A stretch of DNA of 64,000 nt, from assembly GCA_040002755.1 (NCBI GenBank), contig JBDUDV010000004.1, positions 4,004 through 68,003 on the forward strand, read 5' to 3'. Origin of the DNA: Acidobacteriota bacterium (GTDB lineage: Bacteria; Acidobacteriota; Blastocatellia; Pyrinomonadales; Pyrinomonadaceae). Position 1 is the first letter of the stretch, and every line of letters begins with the position of its first letter. A program made the translations under genes and the position numbers. Positions 46,793-56,256 of this stretch are shown in pieces. Below the pieces are notes generated by a model. The model saw only the letters and a list, made by a program, of their open reading frames with translations. It was not told where the DNA came from and searched no databases.

Positions 46793-47779
46793 ATGGCCCC
46801 ATTAACGAAACAGCGCGCTCAGGGACTTATTGGAGCGATGCGCGATCGAAAAATCGTCGTGCTCGGCGACGTGATGCTTGATGAGTTCGTGTGGGGCGAT
46901 GTCACGCGAATTTCTCCGGAAGCGCCGGTGCCCGTCGTCGACATTCGTCGCGAGTCGTCTCACCTTGGCGGCGCGGCGAACGTACTCGCTAACGTTGTTG
47001 CGCTCGGCGCGCAGGCAAGTGTTATTGGGGTCATCGGAAACGATTCTGCCGGGGATCGATTGCGCCGTTGCCTGAAGGAAGTCAGTCCGCTTCAGCCGGA
47101 TGATTACCTCGTAGTAGACGAGAGTCGTCCGTCTACAACCAAGACGCGCATTATCGCCCACAGTCAACTCGTGGTGCGCGCCGATCGCGAACTGCGCACT
47201 CCAGTCAACGGTCAAACCGAAAAAGGCATTCTTGATTCATTGAATCAGGCCCTTCAGGATGCGGATGCGTTCGTAATTTCTGATTACGACAAAGGCGTGA
47301 TCACGGCACGTATTCTTGGCGAGATCCTGCCGTCGGCTTACGCGCGTGTGCCGGTGCTGATTGATCCCAAGATTCGCAACTTCATCCACTATCGCCCGGC
47401 GTCGTTGATCACACCAAACCATCACGAAGCGCTAAGAATGACCAACCTCGAAGCAGACTCTGATGAAGGCCTGCATCAGGCAGCTCGAGTGATACGTGAG
47501 AAACTCAACTGCGATGCGGTGCTGATCACGCGCGGCGACCGCGGCATAATGCTTTTGGAAGGCGATCGCGATCCGGTATTCGTGGAAACGGCTGCACGGG
47601 AGGTTTATGATGTCACCGGCGCCGGCGACACCGTGATCGCGACGCTGGCGGCGGCGCTGGCGGCAGGAGCAACGATGCTGGAGGCCGCGAACCTGGCGAA
47701 CCACGCCGCGGGCATTGTTGTCGGTAAGGTGGGGACGGCGACGGCAAGCGCTGATGAGTTATTGGCAACGTTTGCCTAA
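46793..47779 (+). CDS. hldA: D-glycero-beta-D-manno-heptose-7-phosphate kinase (RfaE domain I / PfkB family; kinase domain only)
   Basis: 'KIVVLGDVMLDEFVWGDVTRISPEAPVPVV', 'GGAANVA', 'DVTGAGDTVIATLA'. At 328 aa there is no adenylyltransferase domain. Confidence 0.85.
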   Translation: MAPLTKQRAQGLIGAMRDRKIVVLGDVMLDEFVWGDVTRISPEAPVPVVDIRRESSHLGGAANVLANVVALGAQASVIGVIGNDSAGDRLRRCLKEVSPLQPDDYLVVDESRPSTTKTRIIAHSQLVVRADRELRTPVNGQTEKGILDSLNQALQDADAFVISDYDKGVITARILGEILPSAYARVPVLIDPKIRNFIHYRPASLITPNHHEALRMTNLEADSDEGLHQAARVIREKLNCDAVLITRGDRGIMLLEGDRDPVFVETAAREVYDVTGAGDTVIATLAAALAAGATMLEAANLANHAAGIVVGKVGTATASADELLATFA

Positions 47780-47827
47780 CACCGGGGAGCGCGGGCGTCC
47801 GCCCGCAATGATCGCGAAGCGAAAAAC

Positions 47828-50299
47828 ATGATTGGCAAGTCGCTCAACCATTACAAGATCCTCGAAAAGCTCGGCGTGGGCGGGCAGGGCACTGTTTACA
47901 AAGCCACTGACGGAAAACTCGGTCGCACGGTAGTGGTGAAAGTCTTGCCGGCCGAGTTGACTGCGCGCGAAGCGAACCTGCGACGTTTCGAACGCGAAGC
48001 GCGGCTGGCTTCATCTCTCGATCATCCCAACATCTGCACCATCTTCGATCTCGACGAAGCCGAGGGTCACCACTTCATCGCTATGCAATACGTCGAAGGA
48101 AGCAACGTGCGGCAACTGGTGAACGGGCATCCGCTGGAGTTGAAGAGCGCGCTGCTCATCGGCATTCAGGTCGCCGACGCACTGGCAGCGGCGCATTCGC
48201 GGGAGATAATCCATCGCGATATCAAGTCGGGCAATGTGATGGTCACGCCTTCGGGACAGGTAAAGATTTTGGATTTCGGTCTGGCGAAGTTGCTGGACAA
48301 CACGGACGACAGTTCGAGGTCGACAATTCATCGCACTGACTTGACGGAAGTCGGCGTCCCATATGGTACGGCCACTTACGCAGCGCCCGAACAAGCGCGC
48401 GGCGATCGGGTTGATAAACGCGCCGACATTTTTTCCACCGGTGTGCTGCTCTACGAAATGCTTACGGGCACGTGGCCATTTCGCGGCATGACCACGATCG
48501 ATGTGCGACACGCGGTGCTGCACGATCAGCCCGCGCCGGTTATTGAACTCCGCAAGGAAGCAATCCCCACGACGCTCCAAAAAATTCTGGATCGTTGTTT
48601 GGCGAAGCAGCCGCGGGACCGTTATCAGGAAATGGAAGAACTGCGCGACGATCTGCGCGGGGTGTTGCAGGAGGTTTCGGCTTCAGAAAGCAGCGGCCAG
48701 GCATTCACGAGCGTCCTGCCCGAACCGCCGCGTCATCTGGCCGGCGAAAGCACCATGTCGAAAGCGATGCGCTGGTTGAAGGGCAAATCGAAATCAGAGT
48801 CGACTTCCGCGCCGGGCGCAGCAACACCCACCAAGCCGACGATTCACGAGACACCGTTTACAACCATCGCGGATCCTGAGAAGAAGAGTCTGGCGATTCT
48901 CTGTTTCCGCAACTTGAGCAACGATCCGGCCTCGAGCTTTTATGAGTTTTCGCTGGCTGACGCTGTGATTACCGAGCTCGCGCGCGTGCGTTCGCTGGTG
49001 GTGCGACCTTCGTCCGTGATCGCGAAATACCAGGGACAGCAACTGGATCCGCGTGACATCGGTCGCGAGTTGCGCGTCAATGCAGTGTTGACCGCGGGCT
49101 TCATTCACGCCGGCGGCCGCTTCCGCGTCACTGCCCAACTGCTTGACGTCGGCTCGGGCGATATACTTTGGAGCGATCGTATCGACACGTCCACTGAAGA
49201 CATCATTGCGGTGCAGGACGAAATCGCGCAGCGAATTGTAGAGGGCTTACGACTGGAACTGAGTCCCGCTGAGCAGGACGGTATAGCGAAGCCGGCAACG
49301 CAAAATCCGGCAGCCTACGAACAGTATCTGCGCGGTCGCGACCTTTTCGCCCGTTTCATTTTCCGCACCATCGCCCAGGAAGATTGCGACGCCGCCATCG
49401 AACATTTTCAACGTGCGATCGAGCTCGATCCCAACTTCGCGCTCGCGCTCGATGGCCTGGGCGCTTCTTACGTCAATCGAGTTTTCAAAGGCTTCGGCGG
49501 TGCTGAAGACTACGAACGCGCTGAGGTAGCCTTTTCCAAGGCGCTCGCCATCGATCCGAAGTTGACTGAAGCGCGCATGTTAATGGTCTTCGTGTACCTC
49601 TGGCGTGGCGAAAAGCAGAAGGCGCGCGAGGAAGTCGCGCTGGCGCGTCGTGAATCGCCGGATGAGCCGGTCGTTCACTTTGTTAAAGCTACTCTGCACC
49701 GGCTTGATGGTGAATATGGACGCGCGCTGCGCAGTTTCGATCGCCTGATGCGTCTCGATCCCGCCGCTCATGTGGTCGCCAGTTACAATCGCGCGCTGGT
49801 TTACATGTACATGGGAAACTTCGAGGAAACGAACCGGCAACTAGATCAGGCCGGCGATCCCGACAATCCTCTGGTCAAAACTTTTCGCGCGCTCGCGTTG
49901 TATTACACCGGCCAAACCGACGCAGCCGCCGAGCTGATGCAACAAAATATCGCCGAACATCAAAACCTGCATGGCATTCGCCCCTTCATGGCAATGTTCT
50001 TGAGTGCTCAGGGGAAACATGAAGAGGCGCGCGCGCAACTGAACAGCTCGGTGATCAGAAACGCGGAAGTTGATCCAGACATCGCCTACTCCGTAGCGTC
50101 AGTTTATGCGCTCGAAGGAATGCGAACTGAGGCACTCGAGTGGCTCAGACGCGCGATTGCGCTCGGAAATGAAAACCAACTCTGCTTTGAGAGCGATCCA
50201 AACTGGACTTCGCTACGAAAAGATGAAGAGTTTCAGAAGCTAATGACACAGGTGCATGCAGCTCATGTCGCACACACAACCAAGCCCGCGGCTGGCTAG
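47828..50299 (+). CDS. Ser/Thr protein kinase with C-terminal TPR-repeat region
   Basis: Hanks kinase motifs 'LGVGGQGTVYKA', 'VVKV', 'HRDIKSGNVM', 'DFGLAK', 'YAAPEQ'. The C-terminal half has TPR-like repeats. Confidence 0.92.
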   Translation: MIGKSLNHYKILEKLGVGGQGTVYKATDGKLGRTVVVKVLPAELTAREANLRRFEREARLASSLDHPNICTIFDLDEAEGHHFIAMQYVEGSNVRQLVNGHPLELKSALLIGIQVADALAAAHSREIIHRDIKSGNVMVTPSGQVKILDFGLAKLLDNTDDSSRSTIHRTDLTEVGVPYGTATYAAPEQARGDRVDKRADIFSTGVLLYEMLTGTWPFRGMTTIDVRHAVLHDQPAPVIELRKEAIPTTLQKILDRCLAKQPRDRYQEMEELRDDLRGVLQEVSASESSGQAFTSVLPEPPRHLAGESTMSKAMRWLKGKSKSESTSAPGAATPTKPTIHETPFTTIADPEKKSLAILCFRNLSNDPASSFYEFSLADAVITELARVRSLVVRPSSVIAKYQGQQLDPRDIGRELRVNAVLTAGFIHAGGRFRVTAQLLDVGSGDILWSDRIDTSTEDIIAVQDEIAQRIVEGLRLELSPAEQDGIAKPATQNPAAYEQYLRGRDLFARFIFRTIAQEDCDAAIEHFQRAIELDPNFALALDGLGASYVNRVFKGFGGAEDYERAEVAFSKALAIDPKLTEARMLMVFVYLWRGEKQKAREEVALARRESPDEPVVHFVKATLHRLDGEYGRALRSFDRLMRLDPAAHVVASYNRALVYMYMGNFEETNRQLDQAGDPDNPLVKTFRALALYYTGQTDAAAELMQQNIAEHQNLHGIRPFMAMFLSAQGKHEEARAQLNSSVIRNAEVDPDIAYSVASVYALEGMRTEALEWLRRAIALGNENQLCFESDPNWTSLRKDEEFQKLMTQVHAAHVAHTTKPAAG

Positions 50300-50345
50300 G
50301 CGATTAAGTTAGAGTTCATAGGTCAGCCGATCCAGCGCCACAGAC

Positions 50346-50461
50346 GCAAATGTTTAGAGAAACTCCGAGCCTTTAATAGATTCTATTTCGGAATGGAGCT
50401 CTGCAGAGAAGGAATGTTTTGTCTCGCGTCGGTGCTATAAACATTTCGCCGCTACGCGGCC
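50346..50461. repeat. REP-like element ('aaatgtttagag' / 'ctataaacattt' arms) in the kinase-dacB spacer
   Basis: The arms at 50348-50359 and 50435-50446 are 11/12 complementary, with a third 'aatgtttt' copy at about 50413. From memory, the 'ctataaacatttcgccgctacgcgg' word translates as the '...INISPLRG' pseudo-peptide common in soil-bacterial repeats. Confidence 0.4.
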
Positions 50462-50489
50462 ACTCTCGCATCGAACTTCAGAAACAATA

Positions 50490-52205
50490 ATGGTCAAAAC
50501 TCTTCGAGCACACAGTTATCTCAGCGTCCTTCTGCTCTTCTCCCTGATCCAATCGGCAACACCGATCGGCGCGCAGCAGACACCGCAACGCGAACGACGA
50601 GTCACGACGGCGGCAACTGCAACACCGACGCCAAGTCCAGCGCCATCAACGGCTGATAATCCGGCGGAGACCCCACAGTCTTCGCCGGCGTCAACGCCGG
50701 ACGTTGTCCAGATCCGAAGAACTGCCACTACGCGCTCGCTCGCTGAGTTGCAATCCCGCATCACCGAGATACTGAGGAAGCCCGAGCTGACCCCGGCAAT
50801 GGTGGGAATCAAGGTTACTTCGCTGGAAACGGGCCGTGTGCTTTTCGAGGAAAACGCCAACAAGCTGCTGCGTCCGGCGTCGAACATGAAGCTCTACACG
50901 GTGGCGGCGGCGCTCGATCGCCTGTCGCCTGACTATCGCTTTGTCACCAGCGTCTATGCCAACGAAAAGCCAACCGACAAAGGCGTCGTCAAAGGCGATC
51001 TGACAGTCTACGGCCGCGGCGATCCATCAATGGCCGCGCGCTTCAACAATGGCGACTACTTCAAAGGCATTGACGATCTCGCCACGCGCATCGCGGCGGC
51101 GGGCGTGAAGAAGGTAGAAGGAGATCTGGTCGGGGACGAAAGTTATTTCACCGGCCCGCAATACGGCAGCGGCTGGGAATGGGAAGATCTGCAGTGGTAT
51201 TTTGGCGCGGAGGTGAGCGCGCTGACGGTTAACGACAATGCGCTCGATCTGTTTGTTAAGCCGGGTGCGAAGGTTGGCGCTCCGGCACTGATAACAACCG
51301 GACCACCTGATCCCTTGCTGCGAATTGTTAATAAGGTTGTTACCGGCGCGCGAGGAACCAAGCGAGACTTGAATGTTTACCGGGAGCTGGCCGGTGATGA
51401 ACTGAAAATAAGCGGCTCGATTGCGGTTGACGACAAAGGCTACACCGGCGGCGTCGGCATCTCGCGTCCCGCACTTCTTTTCGCTTATCTGCTGCGAGCG
51501 TCGCTGGCCCAGCGCGGCGTGACCATCAAAGGCCAGACGCGAACGGTCGATAGCCGTTCGGGCAACAGCAAGATTCCGAAAGTTCCGCTCAGCCTCTTAC
51601 CTGTCAATACCGGCTCGGGGCCGGTGGAGCTTGCGAGCATGCAATCGGTTCCGTTAAGCGCAGTCGCAGCGAATACGTTGAAGCCAAGCCAGAATCTCTA
51701 CACTGAAATCATCCTGCGCACGCTCGGAACGGTAGTACTGCCGCCCGGGAATCCATCACGAACCGATAGCACCAGTGAAACTGACGGCATCGCAGTCGTC
51801 AAGAAGTTCCTGCAGGAAGCGGGAATTACTCCAGCCTCGCTGGTGTTGACTGACGGCTCAGGCCTTTCGCGAAACGATATGGTCACCGCGGAAGCAACGA
51901 TTCAGTTGTTGACTTACATGCATCGACATCGTTACGCCGCCATCTTTCGCGACGCGTTGCCGATCGCAGGGGTTGACGGCACGCTCAGAAATCGTTTCAA
52001 AGGTACTGCGGCAGAAAATAACCTGCGCGCCAAGACCGGAACATTAAGCTCCGCGAGTAGTCTTTCGGGTTACGTCCGCGACGCCGCTGGCGAAGATCTG
52101 GCTTTTTCAATCATGATCAATAACTATCCTACAGATGCAGACGTCAGAACAAACTGCATCGAGCCGATTGCCGTCCTGTTGGCCTCGTTCGGCGGGAAGC
52201 CGTAG
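50490..52205 (+). CDS. dacB: D-alanyl-D-alanine carboxypeptidase/endopeptidase (PBP4, S13 family)
   Basis: Active-site 'PASNMKLYT' (SxxK). 'LTDGSGLSRNDMVT' (SxN region). 'KTGTLSSASSLSGY' (KTG). Confidence 0.9.
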   Translation: MVKTLRAHSYLSVLLLFSLIQSATPIGAQQTPQRERRVTTAATATPTPSPAPSTADNPAETPQSSPASTPDVVQIRRTATTRSLAELQSRITEILRKPELTPAMVGIKVTSLETGRVLFEENANKLLRPASNMKLYTVAAALDRLSPDYRFVTSVYANEKPTDKGVVKGDLTVYGRGDPSMAARFNNGDYFKGIDDLATRIAAAGVKKVEGDLVGDESYFTGPQYGSGWEWEDLQWYFGAEVSALTVNDNALDLFVKPGAKVGAPALITTGPPDPLLRIVNKVVTGARGTKRDLNVYRELAGDELKISGSIAVDDKGYTGGVGISRPALLFAYLLRASLAQRGVTIKGQTRTVDSRSGNSKIPKVPLSLLPVNTGSGPVELASMQSVPLSAVAANTLKPSQNLYTEIILRTLGTVVLPPGNPSRTDSTSETDGIAVVKKFLQEAGITPASLVLTDGSGLSRNDMVTAEATIQLLTYMHRHRYAAIFRDALPIAGVDGTLRNRFKGTAAENNLRAKTGTLSSASSLSGYVRDAAGEDLAFSIMINNYPTDADVRTNCIEPIAVLLASFGGKP

Positions 52206-52220
52206 CGCACAAGACTGAAA

Positions 52221-53093
52221 ATGGCTCCAAAGTTCATCAAGTTTCACGGCTTCGGCAACGACTACATCGTTGTCGAGTCGAAGGACCTCGCGCTCGCTGG
52301 AATTTCCGAAACCGCTGAGCTGAGCGCGTTCGCACAGCGCATTTGCAAGCGCCATTACGGCGCGGGCGCCGATGGCATTGCGGTCGTTAGCCTCGCCAAA
52401 ACCGAGGGCGCTGATTTTGAGGTCCGCATCTTCAACCCGGACGGCAGTGAAGCGTCGCTCTCCGGAAATGGCACCCGCTGCGCCGCGAGCTATCTTTACT
52501 ACAAACAACTCTGGACGACTGCAGAACTTCGCCTCACCACCCGCGCCGGAATCAAACTTTACACTCTTCGTGAACAGGACGGCGCTGGTCGTTACGTGTT
52601 TGACTCCGAACTCGGGCAACCGAAGTTTGACTCAAGTTCGATTCCTATGACGACGCGCGAGCCGCTGCGGAAAGTTATCGACTACGATCTGGATGTTGCC
52701 GGCGAGTCGTTTCCAGTCACCGCGTTGCAGATGGGAAATCCTAACTGCTGCATTTTCGTCAGCGACTTTGATGCGCTTGACTGGCGGCGCATCGGCAAAG
52801 CGATCGAGACGCACAAACAGTTTCCGGATCGTACAAATGTTGTTTTCGTCCGCGTCGTTGATCGGGAATTGATTGAGTTAAGAATCTGGGAACGCGGCGT
52901 CGGTGAAACGGAGGCTTCCGGCACTTGCTCCTGCGCCGCCGCGGTGGCTGCGATGATCAAGGGCGAAACTGAACGACTGGTGGACGTGCTGATGCCGGGC
53001 GGCCGCGCGAAGATCAATTGGCGTGGAGATGGCGAGGTTGTGATTACCGGCACCGCTGGAGTAATTTATGAGGGCGATTGGCTTTCGAAATAG
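52221..53093 (+). CDS. dapF: Diaminopimelate epimerase
   Basis: 'FIKFHGFGNDYIVV', 'NPDGSEASLSGNGTRCAA', 'GETEASGTCSCAAAVA' (two catalytic Cys regions). Confidence 0.95.
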   Translation: MAPKFIKFHGFGNDYIVVESKDLALAGISETAELSAFAQRICKRHYGAGADGIAVVSLAKTEGADFEVRIFNPDGSEASLSGNGTRCAASYLYYKQLWTTAELRLTTRAGIKLYTLREQDGAGRYVFDSELGQPKFDSSSIPMTTREPLRKVIDYDLDVAGESFPVTALQMGNPNCCIFVSDFDALDWRRIGKAIETHKQFPDRTNVVFVRVVDRELIELRIWERGVGETEASGTCSCAAAVAAMIKGETERLVDVLMPGGRAKINWRGDGEVVITGTAGVIYEGDWLSK

Positions 53094-53163
53094 TGGCTTT
53101 TTCCTAGTCCGATAAGTGTTTTAGTAATTACGCGGCCCTTGGAGTTGTCGCTAAACTCCCCCG

Positions 53164-54456
53164 ATGATTAACCCCGACGAACTCTCCCGACGTGTCCCCA
53201 GTGGTCACCTGATTCCAGTCGTGCTGGCGGCGGCGCTGCTGCTGACTGCGTGCGGCGGCAGTGCAATTTCCAAAGCCGAAGTCGATCCCGGGTCAAAGCG
53301 TTCCGTCAAACAAACACCTGCCGACCTTCCTTTCTGGCTGGGTAATTCACAGCGTAACTTTTATGGGAGTGGCCCGCTGGGCGAAGGTCCACTTGAAATC
53401 GTTTGGGAAATCGAAACCAAGTCGATCAGTGGCAGGCTGCATCCTGATCCATGGGGTGGCACGTCATGGCCGGGCCAGCCTTCGGTTGATGGTAGTCGTG
53501 TTTACTTTCCCTCTGCTGACGGCAATGTGTATTGCGTCAACACGCAGGACGGCAGCGTCATCTGGAAATTCAAAGGCAGAGACAGTTTCAAGTCGACGCC
53601 GACAATTCTCGGCGATCGGATCATCGCCAGCGGGTTGGACCATTACATCTATTGCTTAAACGCACACGACGGCACGTTGATTTGGGAATACCAGGCCGGA
53701 TTTGAAATTGATGGCTCGGCAGCCGTGCGCGATGGATGCATTTACTTTGGCTGCGAAGACGGTTTCTTTTACTGCCTCAATCTCGCCGATGGTTCTCTTG
53801 TGTACAAGACCGAGCGCCTCGGCTCCATGGAGGGCAGTTGCTCAGCTGTTGACGGGCGAATTTATGTGGGCACTGAGACCGGCGATCTTTACTGCCTCAA
53901 CCAGACTGACGGAGCCACTATCTGGAAGGCGCGCATCGGCGCCGACTCAGATTCAACCCCCGCGGTCGCCGGAGGCTTCGTATATACAGCCGCCGAGGAC
54001 GGCTACGTTTACTGCTTCCGCCAGTCAAACGGCGAACCGGTCTGGAAATTCAAAGCTGACGGTGGCTTGAGCAAAAGTTATGAGGAGCGAAGCGGGTTCT
54101 GGGCCAGTCCGATAGTTGTAAAGGATCGGATTTTCATCGGTTCCAACAACGGATACATGTATTGCCTGACCGCAAACAAGGGCGAGATCGTCTGGCAACA
54201 ACTGATGCGAGCGCCGATCTGGGGAACGTCACCAGTAGTCGATGGCCGGGTAGTGTTTGGCGATAAGAGTGGTTGGCTTCACATACTTTCCGCTGAGAAC
54301 GGTAAATCCCTGGGCGAAATCAAAATTGGAGACAACCTAAACTCCACGCCAGCCGTAGTGGGCGGCCGGATCTACATTGGCGCATTCAACGGCAAGCTTC
54401 ATTGTGTCGAAGCAAGAGCGGGCGGTTGGGAAAAGGCGGAGGGAATGGGCGGATGA
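53164..54456 (+). CDS. PQQ-like beta-propeller repeat lipoprotein (BamB/YfgL-like fold)
   Basis: Lipobox-like 'LLLTACGG'. Repeated 'DG..(I/V)W(K/E)(F/Y)......S.P.......(I/V)(Y/F).G...G..YC(L/V)' blades. Confidence 0.8.
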   Translation: MINPDELSRRVPSGHLIPVVLAAALLLTACGGSAISKAEVDPGSKRSVKQTPADLPFWLGNSQRNFYGSGPLGEGPLEIVWEIETKSISGRLHPDPWGGTSWPGQPSVDGSRVYFPSADGNVYCVNTQDGSVIWKFKGRDSFKSTPTILGDRIIASGLDHYIYCLNAHDGTLIWEYQAGFEIDGSAAVRDGCIYFGCEDGFFYCLNLADGSLVYKTERLGSMEGSCSAVDGRIYVGTETGDLYCLNQTDGATIWKARIGADSDSTPAVAGGFVYTAAEDGYVYCFRQSNGEPVWKFKADGGLSKSYEERSGFWASPIVVKDRIFIGSNNGYMYCLTANKGEIVWQQLMRAPIWGTSPVVDGRVVFGDKSGWLHILSAENGKSLGEIKIGDNLNSTPAVVGGRIYIGAFNGKLHCVEARAGGWEKAEGMGG

Positions 54457-55097
54457 GTGCATCGCTGATTTATCTCGTTGACAACACGCTTGATGGCCAG
54501 GGCGCCAGCCCTCGCGAGTTGCGTGCGGTGCTCAGTCGTCTGCACGAAGGGGTGGAAATACTGACCGAGCCTTATCACGCGGTTTCACTCAAGCGCATAA
54601 ACTCACTGCGTCCGTCACATATCATTCTGAGCGGACAAAGTCATCCCTGGGATCGCTACAATCCGGAAGCGCTCGCCGGCGTGATTGAAGTGATCAAGAA
54701 AGCCTCGGAACCCATCCTCGGCGTCTGCGGCGGCCACCAGCAGATCGCCCTGGCTTACGGCGCGCCGGTGGATCTGATGGGCCGGCTCGAGCCGGGCGAA
54801 GGATACGAAGGCGCCAAACGGGAGCGCGGTTATTTCCCGGTGGAAACCAACCGCAAAGGAATCTTCAAGGGCTTGCCCAAAGAAATTACTGTCTGGCATT
54901 CCCACTTCGACGAGGTAAAGACTCTACCCAAACGCTTCCGGGTGACGGCATGGAACGAGACCTGCCCGATTCAGGCGATGGAACACACCGAGCGACCATT
55001 GTTTGCCGTGCAATTCCATCCGGAATTGTTTGACGACAAACACCCGGATGGGCGGCGGATACTCGACAATTTCCTTTCATTAACACCGTTGCTTTAA
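54453..55097 (+). CDS. Class I glutamine amidotransferase-like protein
   Basis: Nucleophile elbow 'ILGVCGGHQQIA'. 'FAVQFHPE' His/Glu region. The ATG overlaps the upstream stop (ATGA at 54453-54456). Confidence 0.8.
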   Translation: MSASLIYLVDNTLDGQGASPRELRAVLSRLHEGVEILTEPYHAVSLKRINSLRPSHIILSGQSHPWDRYNPEALAGVIEVIKKASEPILGVCGGHQQIALAYGAPVDLMGRLEPGEGYEGAKRERGYFPVETNRKGIFKGLPKEITVWHSHFDEVKTLPKRFRVTAWNETCPIQAMEHTERPLFAVQFHPELFDDKHPDGRRILDNFLSLTPLL

Positions 55098-55256
55098 CTC
55101 AGATCCAACCTAAAATCGTGCGTCTCCGAGGCACAAATGTGCGGCTTGAAAAGGTAGCTTTGCGGCTCTGAGTCCCAACAACAAGGCTTTAACCCCCTCG
55201 GATGACTAAAACCGCCTGCTTTTGTGTGACTGAAACACGCGGAATCCTCTAGACGT

Positions 55257-55272
55257 ACCGAAACGTTTCGGT
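55257..55272. promoter_or_regulatory. Perfect 16-bp palindrome ACCGAAACGTTTCGGT (LacI/PurR-operator-like)
   Basis: The sequence was read directly and is self-complementary over all 16 positions with a central CG. It lies in a 467-nt ORF-free spacer. Confidence 0.4.
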
Positions 55273-55395
55273 CACATTTCCAGCCCCTTCTTAACTCTAA
55301 ATATTCCAGCAGTTGCGCCAAATTGGGCCGATTTTTGGGCCTTTTTGGCCTCGCCAGGCTGGACACAGTTGCAACCCTTTGTTAGCTTCCTACGT

Positions 55396-55432
55396 GAACA
55401 GGCGAGAGTTAAGCTCGCTTGTTTTTGTTTTG
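55396..55432 (+). terminator. Candidate intrinsic terminator inside the 55098-55564 spacer
   Basis: The GGCGAG-agttaag-CTCGC(TT) stem is extendable by A-T/G-T pairs and is followed by 'gtttttgttttg'. It lies about 300 nt after the amidotransferase stop and about 130 nt before the next ATG. Confidence 0.45.
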
Positions 55433-55564
55433 TAATGCACTTCAACTTTCCGGCGCATGCATCAAGGATGCAAGCCCCCAACTCCGGCCGACGTTGTTCG
55501 CAACTCCTAGGGCCGGGGGTCGAGTTATAGGAAAGAACGAACTCTCGGACAGGAGACCCGAACA

Positions 55565-56101
55565 ATGAAATCAGTGGTTAGTCGAAGCGCCATAATTGCG
55601 ACTTCGTTTTTGACAGGTTTGTTAGTTTTTTCCGCTACGCCATCTATAGCAGACAGTCCTCTTACGCAGGTTCGTTCCCGAAAAGTCGAAAGTCAGCAGA
55701 GTCCGGTTGAGGCAAAAGCTGCCGCGAGGGTAATCGCGCCGGATGCCGATTCCGCTAGTCGAAGCCGGACAGTCGAAGAATTCGCACCGGGAGTCCCCGC
55801 GTCGTCTTACGTCGCAACGGCTTACAGCCTCAAGGGCAGAACTGCCAGCGGCCGGATGGTAACCAGGGGATTAATAGCTGCCGATCCTTCGATTTTGCCT
55901 TTGGGTTCGCGCGTGCGACTCGATCATCCGGGATACAGCGGTGAATATTTGGTGGCTGACACGGGCGGCGCTATCCGCGGACGCCGGATTGATATTTGGA
56001 CGCCGAGTACAATCGAGGCGATGCGTTTTGGCCGTCGCACGGTAAGGCTGACTGTGCTGAGCTACGGCGCCAGAAGGTCAAGACGAAGCGCCAAAAGCTA
56101 A
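55565..56101 (+). CDS. 3D-domain (MltA/RlpA-like double-psi beta-barrel) cell-wall-active protein
   Basis: Signal peptide. 'ATAYSLKGRTASGRMVTRGLIAADPSILPLGSRVRLD....GEYLVADTGGAIRGRRIDIW' is the 3D-domain signature. Confidence 0.8.
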   Translation: MKSVVSRSAIIATSFLTGLLVFSATPSIADSPLTQVRSRKVESQQSPVEAKAAARVIAPDADSASRSRTVEEFAPGVPASSYVATAYSLKGRTASGRMVTRGLIAADPSILPLGSRVRLDHPGYSGEYLVADTGGAIRGRRIDIWTPSTIEAMRFGRRTVRLTVLSYGARRSRRSAKS

Positions 56102-56126
56102 GGCAAATTTCTTTGGGAATTGGAAA

Positions 56127-56160
56127 GGCAGAAGGACAAACCTTCTGCCCTTTTTATTTT
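56127..56160 (+). terminator. Intrinsic terminator of the 3D-domain gene
   Basis: GGCAGAAGG-acaaa-CCTTCTGCC (perfect 9-bp stem) followed by 'ctttttatttt'. Confidence 0.8.
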
Positions 56161-56256
56161 GCAGTGCGTCTAAAGCGCAGCCTAACAGTTTGCATCACTC
56201 GTGTTACCATAATCGCGTAAACTAATTCCAATTGTCCGCGAACTAACTGGCCTACT

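Noticed and set aside
47788-47810. Short GC hairpins GCGGGCG-tc-CGCCCGC (after hldA) and GGCGGGC-aac-GCCCGCC (19936-19952) as specific regulatory sites.
   Set aside because: They are very short GC-rich stems without U-tracts. They are most simply fragments of REP-like units or weak terminators, and there is not enough evidence for a separate claim.
55433-55564. c-di-AMP (ydaO-type) riboswitch upstream of the 3D-domain cell-wall gene.
   Set aside because: The context is suggestive, because such genes often carry this riboswitch. However, I could not find its conserved blocks (ACGGGGA / GGGGUGAAUCC / AGCUAACC...AGCG) in the leader.
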